Shown: positions 9,224 through 17,617 of the stretch, piece by piece
How the letters are laid out: every line of letters starts with the position of its first letter
Position numbering within the stretch: the stretch's first letter is position 1
DNA from: a candidate division Hyd24-12 bacterium UBA5074
GTDB taxonomy: Bacteria; Fermentibacterota; Fermentibacteria; Fermentibacterales; Fermentibacteraceae
Direction of reading: 5' to 3'
Assembly (NCBI GenBank): GCA_002414865.1
Contig: DIAQ01000108.1
Coordinates: 471 to 60,993 of the forward strand
DNA length: 60,523 nucleotides
Translations under genes and position numbers: made by a program
Notes under the pieces: generated by a model
The model's database searches: none
Seen by the model: only the letters and a program-made list of their open reading frames with translations
What the model was told of the DNA's origin: nothing

Positions 9224-9425
9224 CCGGGAACCTGTCCAAGCGGGCGCCCCGGGTCAACTGCTGATACAGTTCCCGGCAGCACTTGTTCCCGCAGCCCTCC
9301 CCGGACAGGCCCGGGATTTCACGCCGGATCGGGGGCCATATCCTACAACAGACCATGAGATGGTGCGTTGCCATGTAAGGTGGGGAGCCTGCGGCCCCTG
9401 ATCCCACAAAGCGGCCGGAATTCCC
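9224..9425. ncRNA. Candidate structured RNA or leader (two long hairpins), family unassigned
   Basis: Nested complementary blocks identified by eye (see findings); no known Rfam motif recognised. Confidence 0.3.
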
Positions 9426-9435
9426 TGTTCGTTCT

Positions 9436-9464
9436 ATGACAGCACTCTATTGGTCAATTAATAT
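9436..9464 (+). promoter_or_regulatory. Putative sigma70 promoter for the nucleoside kinase
   Basis: ATGACA-N17-TAATAT in an AT-rich patch; overlapped by the palindrome GTCAAT-N12-ATTGAC (9453-9476). Confidence 0.5.
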
Positions 9465-9539
9465 AGTTGTATTGACTCCGGTCCTGTGGCCCGGACCGCC
9501 CGCGCCGGGGTATCTTCCGACCTGTCGGGAGGTGCGGGT

Positions 9540-11105
9540 GTGAGAGTCATGGAACTCGTGAGCCGTGAAGCCATCGCCGGGACCGATTCCGGCGGGAGGG
9601 TGCTGGGACTGTACGAAGATGTGGCTGAGCAGCCTCTCCAGCCCGTCATGCCCTGGTTCTCCGAAGGCCGTGAGGTGTATCGCCGAAGCCTGATACTGGC
9701 CCTCGATACGGCTGCCAGGAGGGTTTTCCCCTCCTCCCCTCTCTGGGTGGAGCATGCCCTCTCCCTCGGATACAAGTGCAGGCTGGAGAACAGGCCGGCT
9801 CTCTCCTCGGAGGAGATCGCGCAGGCCCTGACCCATGGCCTCAACCAGGTGATCCTGGAACAGATACCATTCGGGCACACCGGCCTGGGTGGAAACGGAG
9901 ACCCGGCGCATCCCCTCCTGGCGTGGCATGACGGCAGCCATGCCGCGGGGTTGAACACGCTGCCAGGCAGCCAGTCGTTCTCGATGGGGCCGACAGTACC
10001 GGACACGGGATGGCTCGAGAGGTTCGAGCTCAGGCCCCACGGAGCCGGATTCGTGCTCCGTTTCCCGGGGTCCGCGAAGTGGCCCGACCTCGGGGAATGG
10101 CAGGAGAGGCCGAAGCTGTCCAGGGAATTCGATCTGGAGGAGAAGCATGGCGCGCGCCTGGGGGTCCGCACACTGGACGAGCTGAATGCTCGCATCGAGA
10201 GCGACGGGGGCCTGGAGGTCGTGGCCATGAGCCACTTCTACCAGGAGTACCGCCTGACGGAGATCGTCATGGCTCTGGAGTCGATGTTCCCGCGCAGGAG
10301 GATCGTGACGATCGCGGGACCGTCCTCGAGCGGCAAGACCACCTTCACTCGCCTGCTGAGCATGTCCCTGCGCGCCCAGGGCTTCGGGGTCCAGAGCATC
10401 AGCGTCGACAACTACTTCAGGAACCGGGAGGAGACGCCCAGGAACGAGAAGGGCGAGTACGACTTCGAATCGCTGGCCGCGCTCGAGACGGGGCTCTTCG
10501 GCGGACATCTCCAGCAACTGCTGGACGGCAGCGAGATCAGGATGCCCAGATTCGACTTCAGCACCGGCGTCAGGAGTGACGCCGTCACTCCCATGAAACT
10601 GTCGACCAACGACTTCCTCCTGATAGAAGGCATTCACGGCCTGAACGACGAGCTGACGCCGGGAATAGATCCTCAGCGCAAATACCGCATCTACATATCG
10701 GCGCTCACGCAGCTCAACATCGACAGGCTTGCCCGGATGTCCACCTCCGATTCCCGCCTGCTGCGGAGGATGGTCAGGGACAGCCGGACGAGAGGATACA
10801 CGGCCTCTCAGACCATCGCGTCGTGGCCGAGCGTCAGGAGGGGGGAGAGGCGCAACATCTTCCCGTTCCAGGAGATGGCGGATGCAATGTTCAACTCGGC
10901 TCTGCCCTACGAGCTCCCGGTGCTCAAGCCGTTCGCCCAGCCCCTCCTGGAGAGCGTGAAGGAGGGGAGCCCAGGCTACTGGACCGCATCCTGCCTGCTG
11001 GGGCTTCTCTCCTGTGTCAGGCCCATCTCGCCGGAGGTGGTGCCGCGTCTGAGCCTGCTGAGAGAATTCGTGGGAGGATTCCTGCTCGGGGAAGAGAGCA
11101 GATAG
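9540..11105 (+). CDS. Nucleoside/uridine kinase family protein with ThrRS-like N-terminal region
   Basis: Walker A IAGPSSSGKTT, SVDNYF, DFESLAAL, LIEGIHGLN, RLLRRMVRDSRTRG, IFPFQEMADAMFNSALPYEL; GTG 9540 (GGAGGT upstream) or ATG 9549. Confidence 0.88.
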   Translation: MRVMELVSREAIAGTDSGGRVLGLYEDVAEQPLQPVMPWFSEGREVYRRSLILALDTAARRVFPSSPLWVEHALSLGYKCRLENRPALSSEEIAQALTHGLNQVILEQIPFGHTGLGGNGDPAHPLLAWHDGSHAAGLNTLPGSQSFSMGPTVPDTGWLERFELRPHGAGFVLRFPGSAKWPDLGEWQERPKLSREFDLEEKHGARLGVRTLDELNARIESDGGLEVVAMSHFYQEYRLTEIVMALESMFPRRRIVTIAGPSSSGKTTFTRLLSMSLRAQGFGVQSISVDNYFRNREETPRNEKGEYDFESLAALETGLFGGHLQQLLDGSEIRMPRFDFSTGVRSDAVTPMKLSTNDFLLIEGIHGLNDELTPGIDPQRKYRIYISALTQLNIDRLARMSTSDSRLLRRMVRDSRTRGYTASQTIASWPSVRRGERRNIFPFQEMADAMFNSALPYELPVLKPFAQPLLESVKEGSPGYWTASCLLGLLSCVRPISPEVVPRLSLLREFVGGFLLGEESR

Positions 11106-11148
11106 GACGGTCCCGCAGCGCCCGTCGGACTGAACCGGAAGGATTGAC

Positions 11149-13065
11149 ATGGTGGTCCTGTGCCCTGCCCTGATGTGCGTCGCGGCGATTTCCGGCCCGG
11201 GCACCTGCCATGATATCGCAGCCTTCACGCGCTCGGTTCCATGCCTGGTTCTGGGGCCTGTCACAGCCAACATCTGCGATATCCTGGACTATGACCTGGC
11301 GATAGAGATACTCCCTTCCCAGCAGGAGATAGCAGGAACGGCCGCCATCACGCTGACCAGCGCGGGCGGCACGATCTACCAGGTTCCGCTGAACCTCAGA
11401 CAGCTGGAAGTCTCGGGAGTGTGGGATTCCACCGGGCCGCTGGCATTCACCCATGAAGGCGACTCGCTGATCGTCACGCTCACCGATCCGGTGTCGGTCG
11501 GAGAGGAGAGGACGGTGAGCGTGCAGTACTCCGGCCAGCCCTGGAACGAAGGAGCAGGTAAGTTCGGAGGCTTCTGGTTCCACCCCAATGTCTCGTATCA
11601 GATGGGAGTGGGCGTCTATTCGGCCCAGCCGTCGATGGGGAGATGCATGTTCCCGTGCTGGGACCATCCATCAGACAAGGCCACCTTCGAATTCTCCATC
11701 ACAGTGGACGACACGGTGGAGGTCGTGGCCAACGGCGAGCCTGCCGGCGTGCAGTACGCAGGCGGCAAGGCGACCTGGAGCTGGGTGCTCGACCAGCCCA
11801 TGTCCACCTATCTCGCCGCGATATCGGCATCCGAGTACGTCGACCTTGTGGACTCGACCTATTCATGGATCCATTATTACGTATACCCCAATGAGATAGC
11901 GGATGCGCACGGAAGCTTCGCCAATGTCGATCTAATGATGGATGCACTCCAGGCGAGGTTCGGACCTTATCCGTGGCAGTGCAAGTTCAGCTATGTCGAA
12001 ACCCCCAAGGGCGACATGGAGCACACCACCGAGGTCTACCACCTGCAGTCGCTCATCAACGGCCAGACCAACAACGATCCGGTCGTCGTCCACGAGATGG
12101 GCCACATGTGGTGGGGCAACTGCGTCACGGAGTCCGACTGGAACGATGTCTGGCTCTCGGAGGGCTTCGCCACTTACTGCGAGGCCGTGTGGGCGGAGCA
12201 CTACGGACCTTCGGCATACACCCAGTACATGGTCAACGAGATCATGGTTCCCTACCTGCAGAGCGGAGAGGTCTTCCCCATGGGCGATCCCGAGGAGCTG
12301 TGGAGCTACACCTCCTACCAGAAGGGGGCGAGCGTCCTCCATATGCTCAGGTGCATCATGGGGGACGATGCCTTCTTCTCCGGACTCGGCTCGTATTTCG
12401 ACGATCACCAGTTCTCGCTGGCGACCACCGCCGATCTCAGGCAGCACATGGAGGCGGCCGCAGGCGGCGACCTGGGCTGGTTCTTCGACGAATGGGTCTA
12501 CGGCTTCGGATATCCCGCCTATGACATCGGCTGGAGCGCCGTGCAGTCAGGCTCGGACTGGCTGGTCACCATAACGGTGGATCAGATCCAGGGCACAGGG
12601 TCATTCTTCACAATGCCCCTGCAGTTCGAGATCGCCGGCGGGTCCTCGTCGGAGATGGTGGAATTCTGGAACGACATTCAAGGGGACAGTCAGATCTTTG
12701 CGGTAGGATTCGAGCCGGAACTTGTGAGATTCGACCCGGGACATCATGTGCTTTCCACTGCTCTCCTCGGAGTCGGCGAGGCACCTGCGCCCCCCGGGGG
12801 AGGCACTGGCGTCATCAGGGTCTTCCCGAATCCGTGCCGCGGCGCCCTGGACGTGGAATGGCCCGGCATGGAAGCCAGCGACATGCAGGTGACAGTGTTC
12901 GACCTCTCGGGGAGGGCCGTGCTCAGGGAGAGTTTCGCCCCTGGAGAGATCAGGCTGGACCTGGGGGAACTGCCGCCAGGCACCTATCTGCTCGAGGCGA
13001 GGGGAGAGGGCAACCTCAGGCAGACTGCGGCATTCCAGGTGGCCGGTGGAAGGGAAGCCTTCTAG
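11149..13065 (+). CDS. M1 family zinc aminopeptidase with T9SS/Por-type C-terminal sorting domain
   Basis: FPCWDHPSDKATF, GDMEH, HEMGH-x18-E (WLSEGFATY), YQKGASVLHMLR; C-terminal VFPNP...VFDLSGR...LPPGTYL. Confidence 0.9.
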   Translation: MVVLCPALMCVAAISGPGTCHDIAAFTRSVPCLVLGPVTANICDILDYDLAIEILPSQQEIAGTAAITLTSAGGTIYQVPLNLRQLEVSGVWDSTGPLAFTHEGDSLIVTLTDPVSVGEERTVSVQYSGQPWNEGAGKFGGFWFHPNVSYQMGVGVYSAQPSMGRCMFPCWDHPSDKATFEFSITVDDTVEVVANGEPAGVQYAGGKATWSWVLDQPMSTYLAAISASEYVDLVDSTYSWIHYYVYPNEIADAHGSFANVDLMMDALQARFGPYPWQCKFSYVETPKGDMEHTTEVYHLQSLINGQTNNDPVVVHEMGHMWWGNCVTESDWNDVWLSEGFATYCEAVWAEHYGPSAYTQYMVNEIMVPYLQSGEVFPMGDPEELWSYTSYQKGASVLHMLRCIMGDDAFFSGLGSYFDDHQFSLATTADLRQHMEAAAGGDLGWFFDEWVYGFGYPAYDIGWSAVQSGSDWLVTITVDQIQGTGSFFTMPLQFEIAGGSSSEMVEFWNDIQGDSQIFAVGFEPELVRFDPGHHVLSTALLGVGEAPAPPGGGTGVIRVFPNPCRGALDVEWPGMEASDMQVTVFDLSGRAVLRESFAPGEIRLDLGELPPGTYLLEARGEGNLRQTAAFQVAGGREAF

Positions 13066-13566
13066 CTAGCGTCCGAGGAGGATGACGGAACCGGCAGGCG
13101 CTCCTCCCGCCATCACGAGATAGACGCCCTTCGCCAGTCCGGAGAGGTCGAGCCGTGCCACGCCCCCGGCGCCTGCAGGACTCCTGCCGACCTCTCTGCC
13201 GAGCAGGTCGACGACCGACGCGGTCTCTCCGTCCCGGAGCCCGGTCACCGTGACGAAGTCCGCGGCCGGGTTCGGCTCGACCGAGATGGATGGAGGGGGC
13301 GGCGAGCCCTCCGCCGATTCCCACCAGGTCCTGTAAATGGCCCCGTATGGGCAGTGCTGCACGCAGATCCCGCATGCGTTGCACAGGTCGGGGTCGATCC
13401 AGGCATCGCCTCCCGACAGGGAGATCGCCCCCTCGGGACACCAGGAGATGCAGTTGCCGCATCCGGGGCAGACCGAGGGGTCGACCTGGTAGATCCAGCC
13501 CATGAGCGCCCCGGACGCCCCCGCGAGGCAGAGTGCGGGAAGCACGGCCACAAGAGCTCTGCGCAT
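13066..13566 (-). CDS. Exported 2x[4Fe-4S] ferredoxin fused to a T9SS-type C-terminal sorting domain
   Basis: Start at 13566 (GGAGGA RBS, TGATG coupling to trmH). Signal MRRALVAVLPALCLAGASGA; CPGCGNCISWCP and CNACGICVQHCP; then VEPNPAAD...VVDLLGREV...LSGLAKGVYLV. Confidence 0.82.
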   Translation of the reverse strand: MRRALVAVLPALCLAGASGALMGWIYQVDPSVCPGCGNCISWCPEGAISLSGGDAWIDPDLCNACGICVQHCPYGAIYRTWWESAEGSPPPPSISVEPNPAADFVTVTGLRDGETASVVDLLGREVGRSPAGAGGVARLDLSGLAKGVYLVMAGGAPAGSVILLGR

Positions 13567-14129
13567 CAGTCCTCCATGTCCTCTTCGAGCGAAGGGGAAG
13601 AGACCCCGCACGGCGCCGGGAGTATCCATCCCGCCGCCAGGCGCATCCTCTGTATCTCCATGGCCACCACCGCAAGGGCGCTGGCGACGTTCATGCACGA
13701 CCTGCGGCCGGTCTGGGGCAGCCCCACCACCATGTCCGCCCCCGAGAGGACATCCCCGGACACGCCGAGCGCCTCGTTGCCGAAGACGAAGGCATCGGAC
13801 ACCGAGAAGCCAGCATCGAAGAGCGTCCGGGAGCCGCGCCCGCCCTCGACCGCCACGATCCTCCTGCCGGTGGCCTTAAGCCAGCCCGCAGCCTCGGAGG
13901 CCTGGTCGAAGTGCCTCCAGAGGACGGCCTCCTGAGTGCCCCTGGCGGTATGGGCCAGCCTCCTGTTGCCGGGCAGCGCGCAGCATCCGCACAGGAACAG
14001 CGCACACGGAGAGACGGCCTCGGCGGTGCGAAAGGCCGAGCCCACGTTGAAGGCGCTCCTGAAGCGGTCCAGGACGAAGACCGGGGTGCCTGTTGAAAGG
14101 TGCAGCTCCGTGGAGTAACATCCTGACAT
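13566..14129 (-). CDS. TrmH/SpoU family RNA 2'-O-methyltransferase
   Basis: VLDRFRSAFNVGSAFRT, VFGNEALGVS, LPQTGRRSCMNVASA; start is 14129 or 14153. Confidence 0.88.
   Translation of the reverse strand: MSGCYSTELHLSTGTPVFVLDRFRSAFNVGSAFRTAEAVSPCALFLCGCCALPGNRRLAHTARGTQEAVLWRHFDQASEAAGWLKATGRRIVAVEGGRGSRTLFDAGFSVSDAFVFGNEALGVSGDVLSGADMVVGLPQTGRRSCMNVASALAVVAMEIQRMRLAAGWILPAPCGVSSPSLEEDMED
14093..14121 (+). promoter_or_regulatory. Putative sigma70 promoter inside trmH giving a leaderless comEC mRNA
   Basis: TTGAAA-N17-TAACAT; ATG 14128 is 7 nt after the -10 box. Confidence 0.6.
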
Positions 14130-15423
14130 GGAGCTTTCGCCGGTTCTCTTCATCTATGTGGCCGCCTTCCTGACCGGACTATACTGCGGCCCGGTCAGCC
14201 CCGGATATGCCGTACCGGCTCTTGCCGCCGCAGGGGCCGTGGCGGTGGCCGTCTCGGGTCGGACGGGCGCGGCGCGGGGGCTTCTCGCATGCGCGCTGTT
14301 CCTCCTCGGCTCTGAGAGGGCGACCTGCGGCGCGGGCGGATCTGCCGGAGCCCTTCCGGAAGGGAGGGACGCCATCCTCAGGGGCCGGGTCGGCGTGGTG
14401 ACCGAACACGGGCTGTTTCTCGAGACCGCCTCCGGGAGGATATGGGTCAGGGGCGAGAGGGCAGCGGGCAGCTGCATGGAGGGCGACTCCATGCTGGTCA
14501 TGGGTTATGCGGACAGCGGCAGCATCAGCGGCATGGCCTTCGAGATCAGGCCCTCGGCCGATCCTCTGACACAGGCCAGGCGCCGTCTCGCTTCCCTCTG
14601 GGCGGACAGGTGCGGGCCGGGACAGGGCGCCTCTCTGGTGTCCGCGCTGCTCGTGGGCGAGCGCAGCGGGATGCCGGACAGGATGCGCAGGGTGTTCAGG
14701 GATTCGGGTACATCCCACATCCTCTCTGTTTCCGGCTTCCACGTGGGCATGGTCGCGGCCGCGGTCTTCTTCGCGCTCAGGAAGGTGGCGGGAGGGAGGC
14801 GATGGGCGGGCTTCGCCGCGGTCCTTCTGGTGGCGGGATACGTTCTCCTGACGGGGGCAAGGCCTCCGGCGGTCAGGTCGGGCTTCATGTCCGCAGCGGT
14901 CATCATCGGGGCGGGCGCCGGAGTGAGGCTGAAACCGCTGGTGGTGTGGTCCCTGGCCGCCATCCTGGTCCTGGGCATCTCCGATTCGGTCGCGAGGGAC
15001 GCGGGAGCCCAGATGTCCTTCGCCGCCGTCCTCGCGCTGGTGCTTCTCTCGGTGAGGTTCGGAGGGCGGCTTGGAGGCCTGCTCACCAGCCTGTACTCGG
15101 GCGTCTGCGTCACACTCTCCCTGGTCCCTCTCATCGCGTCCACCTACGGCGTTTTCCAGCTCTCCTCGCCATACGCCACGCTGATGTCGGTTCCCTTCAT
15201 GGTGTGCATGATGGTCGTCGGTGCGCTTGCCCTGCTGCCTGCCGGCAGCCTGCCGGGCTCGCTCGCAGGGCCGGTGGCGGCGGCCTGGCTCGGAGCTCTC
15301 GATGCGATCACGCTCGAGCCCGTGGGGTTCGGAGGCGCTGCGGAGGCAGTCGCATGGTTCTGCTGTCTTGCCGCGCTTCTGTATGTCTCGAGGAGAAGAG
15401 GCTTCCTGCGGAGGTTCCGCTAG
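14128..15423 (+). CDS. comEC: ComEC/Rec2 family competence membrane protein (no metallo-beta-lactamase domain)
   Basis: ALLVGERSG, FRDSGTSHILSVSGFHVG, GARPPAVRS, GAQMSFAAV. Confidence 0.87.
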   Translation: MELSPVLFIYVAAFLTGLYCGPVSPGYAVPALAAAGAVAVAVSGRTGAARGLLACALFLLGSERATCGAGGSAGALPEGRDAILRGRVGVVTEHGLFLETASGRIWVRGERAAGSCMEGDSMLVMGYADSGSISGMAFEIRPSADPLTQARRRLASLWADRCGPGQGASLVSALLVGERSGMPDRMRRVFRDSGTSHILSVSGFHVGMVAAAVFFALRKVAGGRRWAGFAAVLLVAGYVLLTGARPPAVRSGFMSAAVIIGAGAGVRLKPLVVWSLAAILVLGISDSVARDAGAQMSFAAVLALVLLSVRFGGRLGGLLTSLYSGVCVTLSLVPLIASTYGVFQLSSPYATLMSVPFMVCMMVVGALALLPAGSLPGSLAGPVAAAWLGALDAITLEPVGFGGAAEAVAWFCCLAALLYVSRRRGFLRRFR

Positions 15424-15430
15424 CGGGGCT

Positions 15431-16108
15431 TCAGGTCGAGTCGCCCTCGAAGGTCACGAGGATGCTTCCCCCGTTGTCCAGGGCGTCTTCGGTCCTGTCG
15501 ACGCAGAAGGCATCCACCTCGGCCCCCAGAGGGAACTCGAGCGGCAGGGTGTCGCCCGGCTGGGCGGCGGAGGCCGATCTGCCGCTGCCCGGCTCCGAGA
15601 AGAGAAGGACGATTATGCCGTCGTAGCCGGTGAGATTGTCATTCTCCACGATGGCCAGATACCGGCCGGGGGAGAGGGAGATGCGCCTGGAGCGGTCGGT
15701 GATGGCGAGATGGTACGCCGACGAGACAGTGATGCTGGGGGTTAGGTGGGGGATGAAGGGCAGGAACCTGACCGAATCGACCGCTGTCGGAGTGGTGACG
15801 ACGATGGTCACGGAGTCGCTGAACCCGGGCTCCGGCTTCCAGGTTACGCTCCTGCCGAGCGCCTCGGGCTCGTCCGTCTCCATGAAGAATCCGGCCGAGC
15901 AGGTCCACTGGGCCGAGCTGCCGTCCGGGAGGACCGTGGAGAGGTATGTCGTGCCCGAACCCGACGCATCGATGGACGCGATGATGTTCCCCGACTCCGC
16001 GGGCTGCCCCATGGTCTCCCTCACGAGCCAGGTGCCGAGGGCGAGCACGGGGAGAACGAAGGGGAGGGCTATGGCCAGCGCTGTCAGCAATCTCTTCCTT
16101 CTGGGCAT
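15431..16108 (-). CDS. Hypothetical membrane-anchored protein
   Basis: 225 aa, GGAGG RBS, positively charged N-terminus plus one TM helix followed by a beta-rich region. Confidence 0.65.
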   Translation of the reverse strand: MPRRKRLLTALAIALPFVLPVLALGTWLVRETMGQPAESGNIIASIDASGSGTTYLSTVLPDGSSAQWTCSAGFFMETDEPEALGRSVTWKPEPGFSDSVTIVVTTPTAVDSVRFLPFIPHLTPSITVSSAYHLAITDRSRRISLSPGRYLAIVENDNLTGYDGIIVLLFSEPGSGRSASAAQPGDTLPLEFPLGAEVDAFCVDRTEDALDNGGSILVTFEGDST

Positions 16109-16110
16109 GA

Positions 16111-16680
16111 TCAGCCGCCTCCTGCCGCCGTCGGGTCCCCATGCAGAACGATCAGCGCGGCATCAGCCAGATCCCCCGCCACGAAATCGGGATCTGCGGC
16201 CCCGGACGATCTCATCCTCTCGAGCTGCTCGATCCCCCTGCCAGAGAGCACCAGGATGGTGCGAAGTCCGCAGGCCGTCCCCAGCTCGATGTCGCTCGCG
16301 GCGTCACCCACCAGCCAGCCCCCGGGAGGCAGGCCCAGGTCCTGGCGTGCGCTGTCCACGAGTCCGGTGAGGGGCTTCCGGCAGCTGCAGCCCTCGCCGG
16401 GCGCATGCGGGCAGTAATATACCCCCGCCACGGAACCGCCGTAGCCAGCGATCCTCCGGCAGAGCATGGAGTTGATCTCCTCGACCGCTTCTGCCTTCAC
16501 CAGACCGCGGCCGATGGCCGACTGGTTGGTGACCACGACGACCGGGTGTCCCGCCATGGAGAGGACGGCAGCCGCCTCCAGGGCGCCGGGCAGCGGCTTC
16601 CACTGGGAGGGGGTCCTCACGTAGTCTGGGACGTTCTCGTTCAGGACGCCGTCGCGGTCGAGGAAAACTGGCTCAGGCAT
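16111..16680 (-). CDS. gmhB: D,D-heptose 1,7-bisphosphate phosphatase (HAD)
   Basis: VFLDRDGVLN, VVTNQSAIGRG, YYCPHAPGEGCSCRKP, VGDAASDI. Confidence 0.92.
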   Translation of the reverse strand: MPEPVFLDRDGVLNENVPDYVRTPSQWKPLPGALEAAAVLSMAGHPVVVVTNQSAIGRGLVKAEAVEEINSMLCRRIAGYGGSVAGVYYCPHAPGEGCSCRKPLTGLVDSARQDLGLPPGGWLVGDAASDIELGTACGLRTILVLSGRGIEQLERMRSSGAADPDFVAGDLADAALIVLHGDPTAAGGG

Positions 16681-17617
16681 GCTCTCCGGTCCGCTTCCTG
16701 TGGAACTCCACCAGGTCGGCAAGCCCTTCCGCGAACCCGATCTCCGGGACCCAGCCCAGGAGATCCGCAGCGACCGAGGGATCGAGGGCGATCTTCAGGA
16801 TCTCCTCGGGCAGAGCGGGACCCCTTGTGGGGAGGAGATCCGTGCCCACGAGGCCGCGGATTATTGCGTCGAGCTCGACGACGGAATGGCCCACGCCCCA
16901 GCCTATGTTGAGTATGCGGCCGCCGATCGCCCGGTTGCCGGTGTCCATGGCGAGGAGGTTGGCCCTGGCTATGTCCCTCACGTGCACGTAGTCCCTCAGC
17001 TGCATCCCGTCGCCGTTGATCCTGGGAGGCCTGCCCTCGAGGTACGCGAGCGTGAAGATCGCCGTGACCCCGGCCTCGCCGTGCGGATTCTGGCGTGGGC
17101 CGTAGACATTGGGATATCTCAGGACGACGTAGTCGAGTCCGTAGAGGTGCCTGTACAGGAACAGGTAGTGCTCGACCGTGTGCTTGCTCACTCCGTAGTG
17201 GCAGATGGGGTTGATCGGGTGATCCTCCCTCACGGGGAGGCTGTCGGGCTCGCCGTAGACCGCCCCGCCGGTGGAGGCGTAGACGACCCTCTTGACACCG
17301 CTCCTGCGGCAGGCCTCGAGGATGTTGATCGATCCCCGGATGTTCACGTCCGCATCGAAGAGGGGCTCTCTGACCGATCTCCTGACGTCCATCTGGGCTG
17401 CGTGATGGCAGACTATGTCGAAGCGGCCGTTCTCTATCACCGTGGCGGCGTGGGGGCTGCGGATGTCGAGCCGGTGGAGCAGGGCGCGGGGATCGACGTT
17501 CTCCGCGAAGCCGGTGGACAGGTCGTCGATGATCTCCACCTCGATGCCGTTCTCGAGGAGCATGTCGGCCACATTCGACGCTATGAAGCCGGCTCCGCCG
17601 GTCACCATTGCTCTCAT
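16673..17617 (-). CDS. NAD-dependent epimerase/dehydratase (UDP-glucose 4-epimerase-like)
   Basis: VTGGAGFIAS, HHAAQMDVRRSV, ASTGGAVYG, YGVSK, LRYPNVYGPRQNPHGEAGV, RDYVHVRD. Confidence 0.92.
   Translation of the reverse strand: MRAMVTGGAGFIASNVADMLLENGIEVEIIDDLSTGFAENVDPRALLHRLDIRSPHAATVIENGRFDIVCHHAAQMDVRRSVREPLFDADVNIRGSINILEACRRSGVKRVVYASTGGAVYGEPDSLPVREDHPINPICHYGVSKHTVEHYLFLYRHLYGLDYVVLRYPNVYGPRQNPHGEAGVTAIFTLAYLEGRPPRINGDGMQLRDYVHVRDIARANLLAMDTGNRAIGGRILNIGWGVGHSVVELDAIIRGLVGTDLLPTRGPALPEEILKIALDPSVAADLLGWVPEIGFAEGLADLVEFHRKRTGEHA

Noticed and set aside
9224-9425. Assignment of the structured region to SRP, RNase P, tmRNA or TPP/SAM/cobalamin/c-di-GMP riboswitches
   Set aside because: Diagnostic motifs (GGAA tetraloop with AGCAG, GAGGAAAGUCC, CUGAGA and others) were not found. 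The 6S resemblance is superficial and needs cmscan.
9455-9470. NrdR-box-like ACAACTATATTAATTG upstream of a nucleoside kinase
   Set aside because: Only a partial match, single copy and not palindromic as the NrdR consensus requires.
11851-11950. Lower-GC stretch (about 48%) in the M1 peptidase
   Set aside because: Largely explained by Tyr/Ile/Asn/Met-rich protein sequence; less abrupt than the purN patch.
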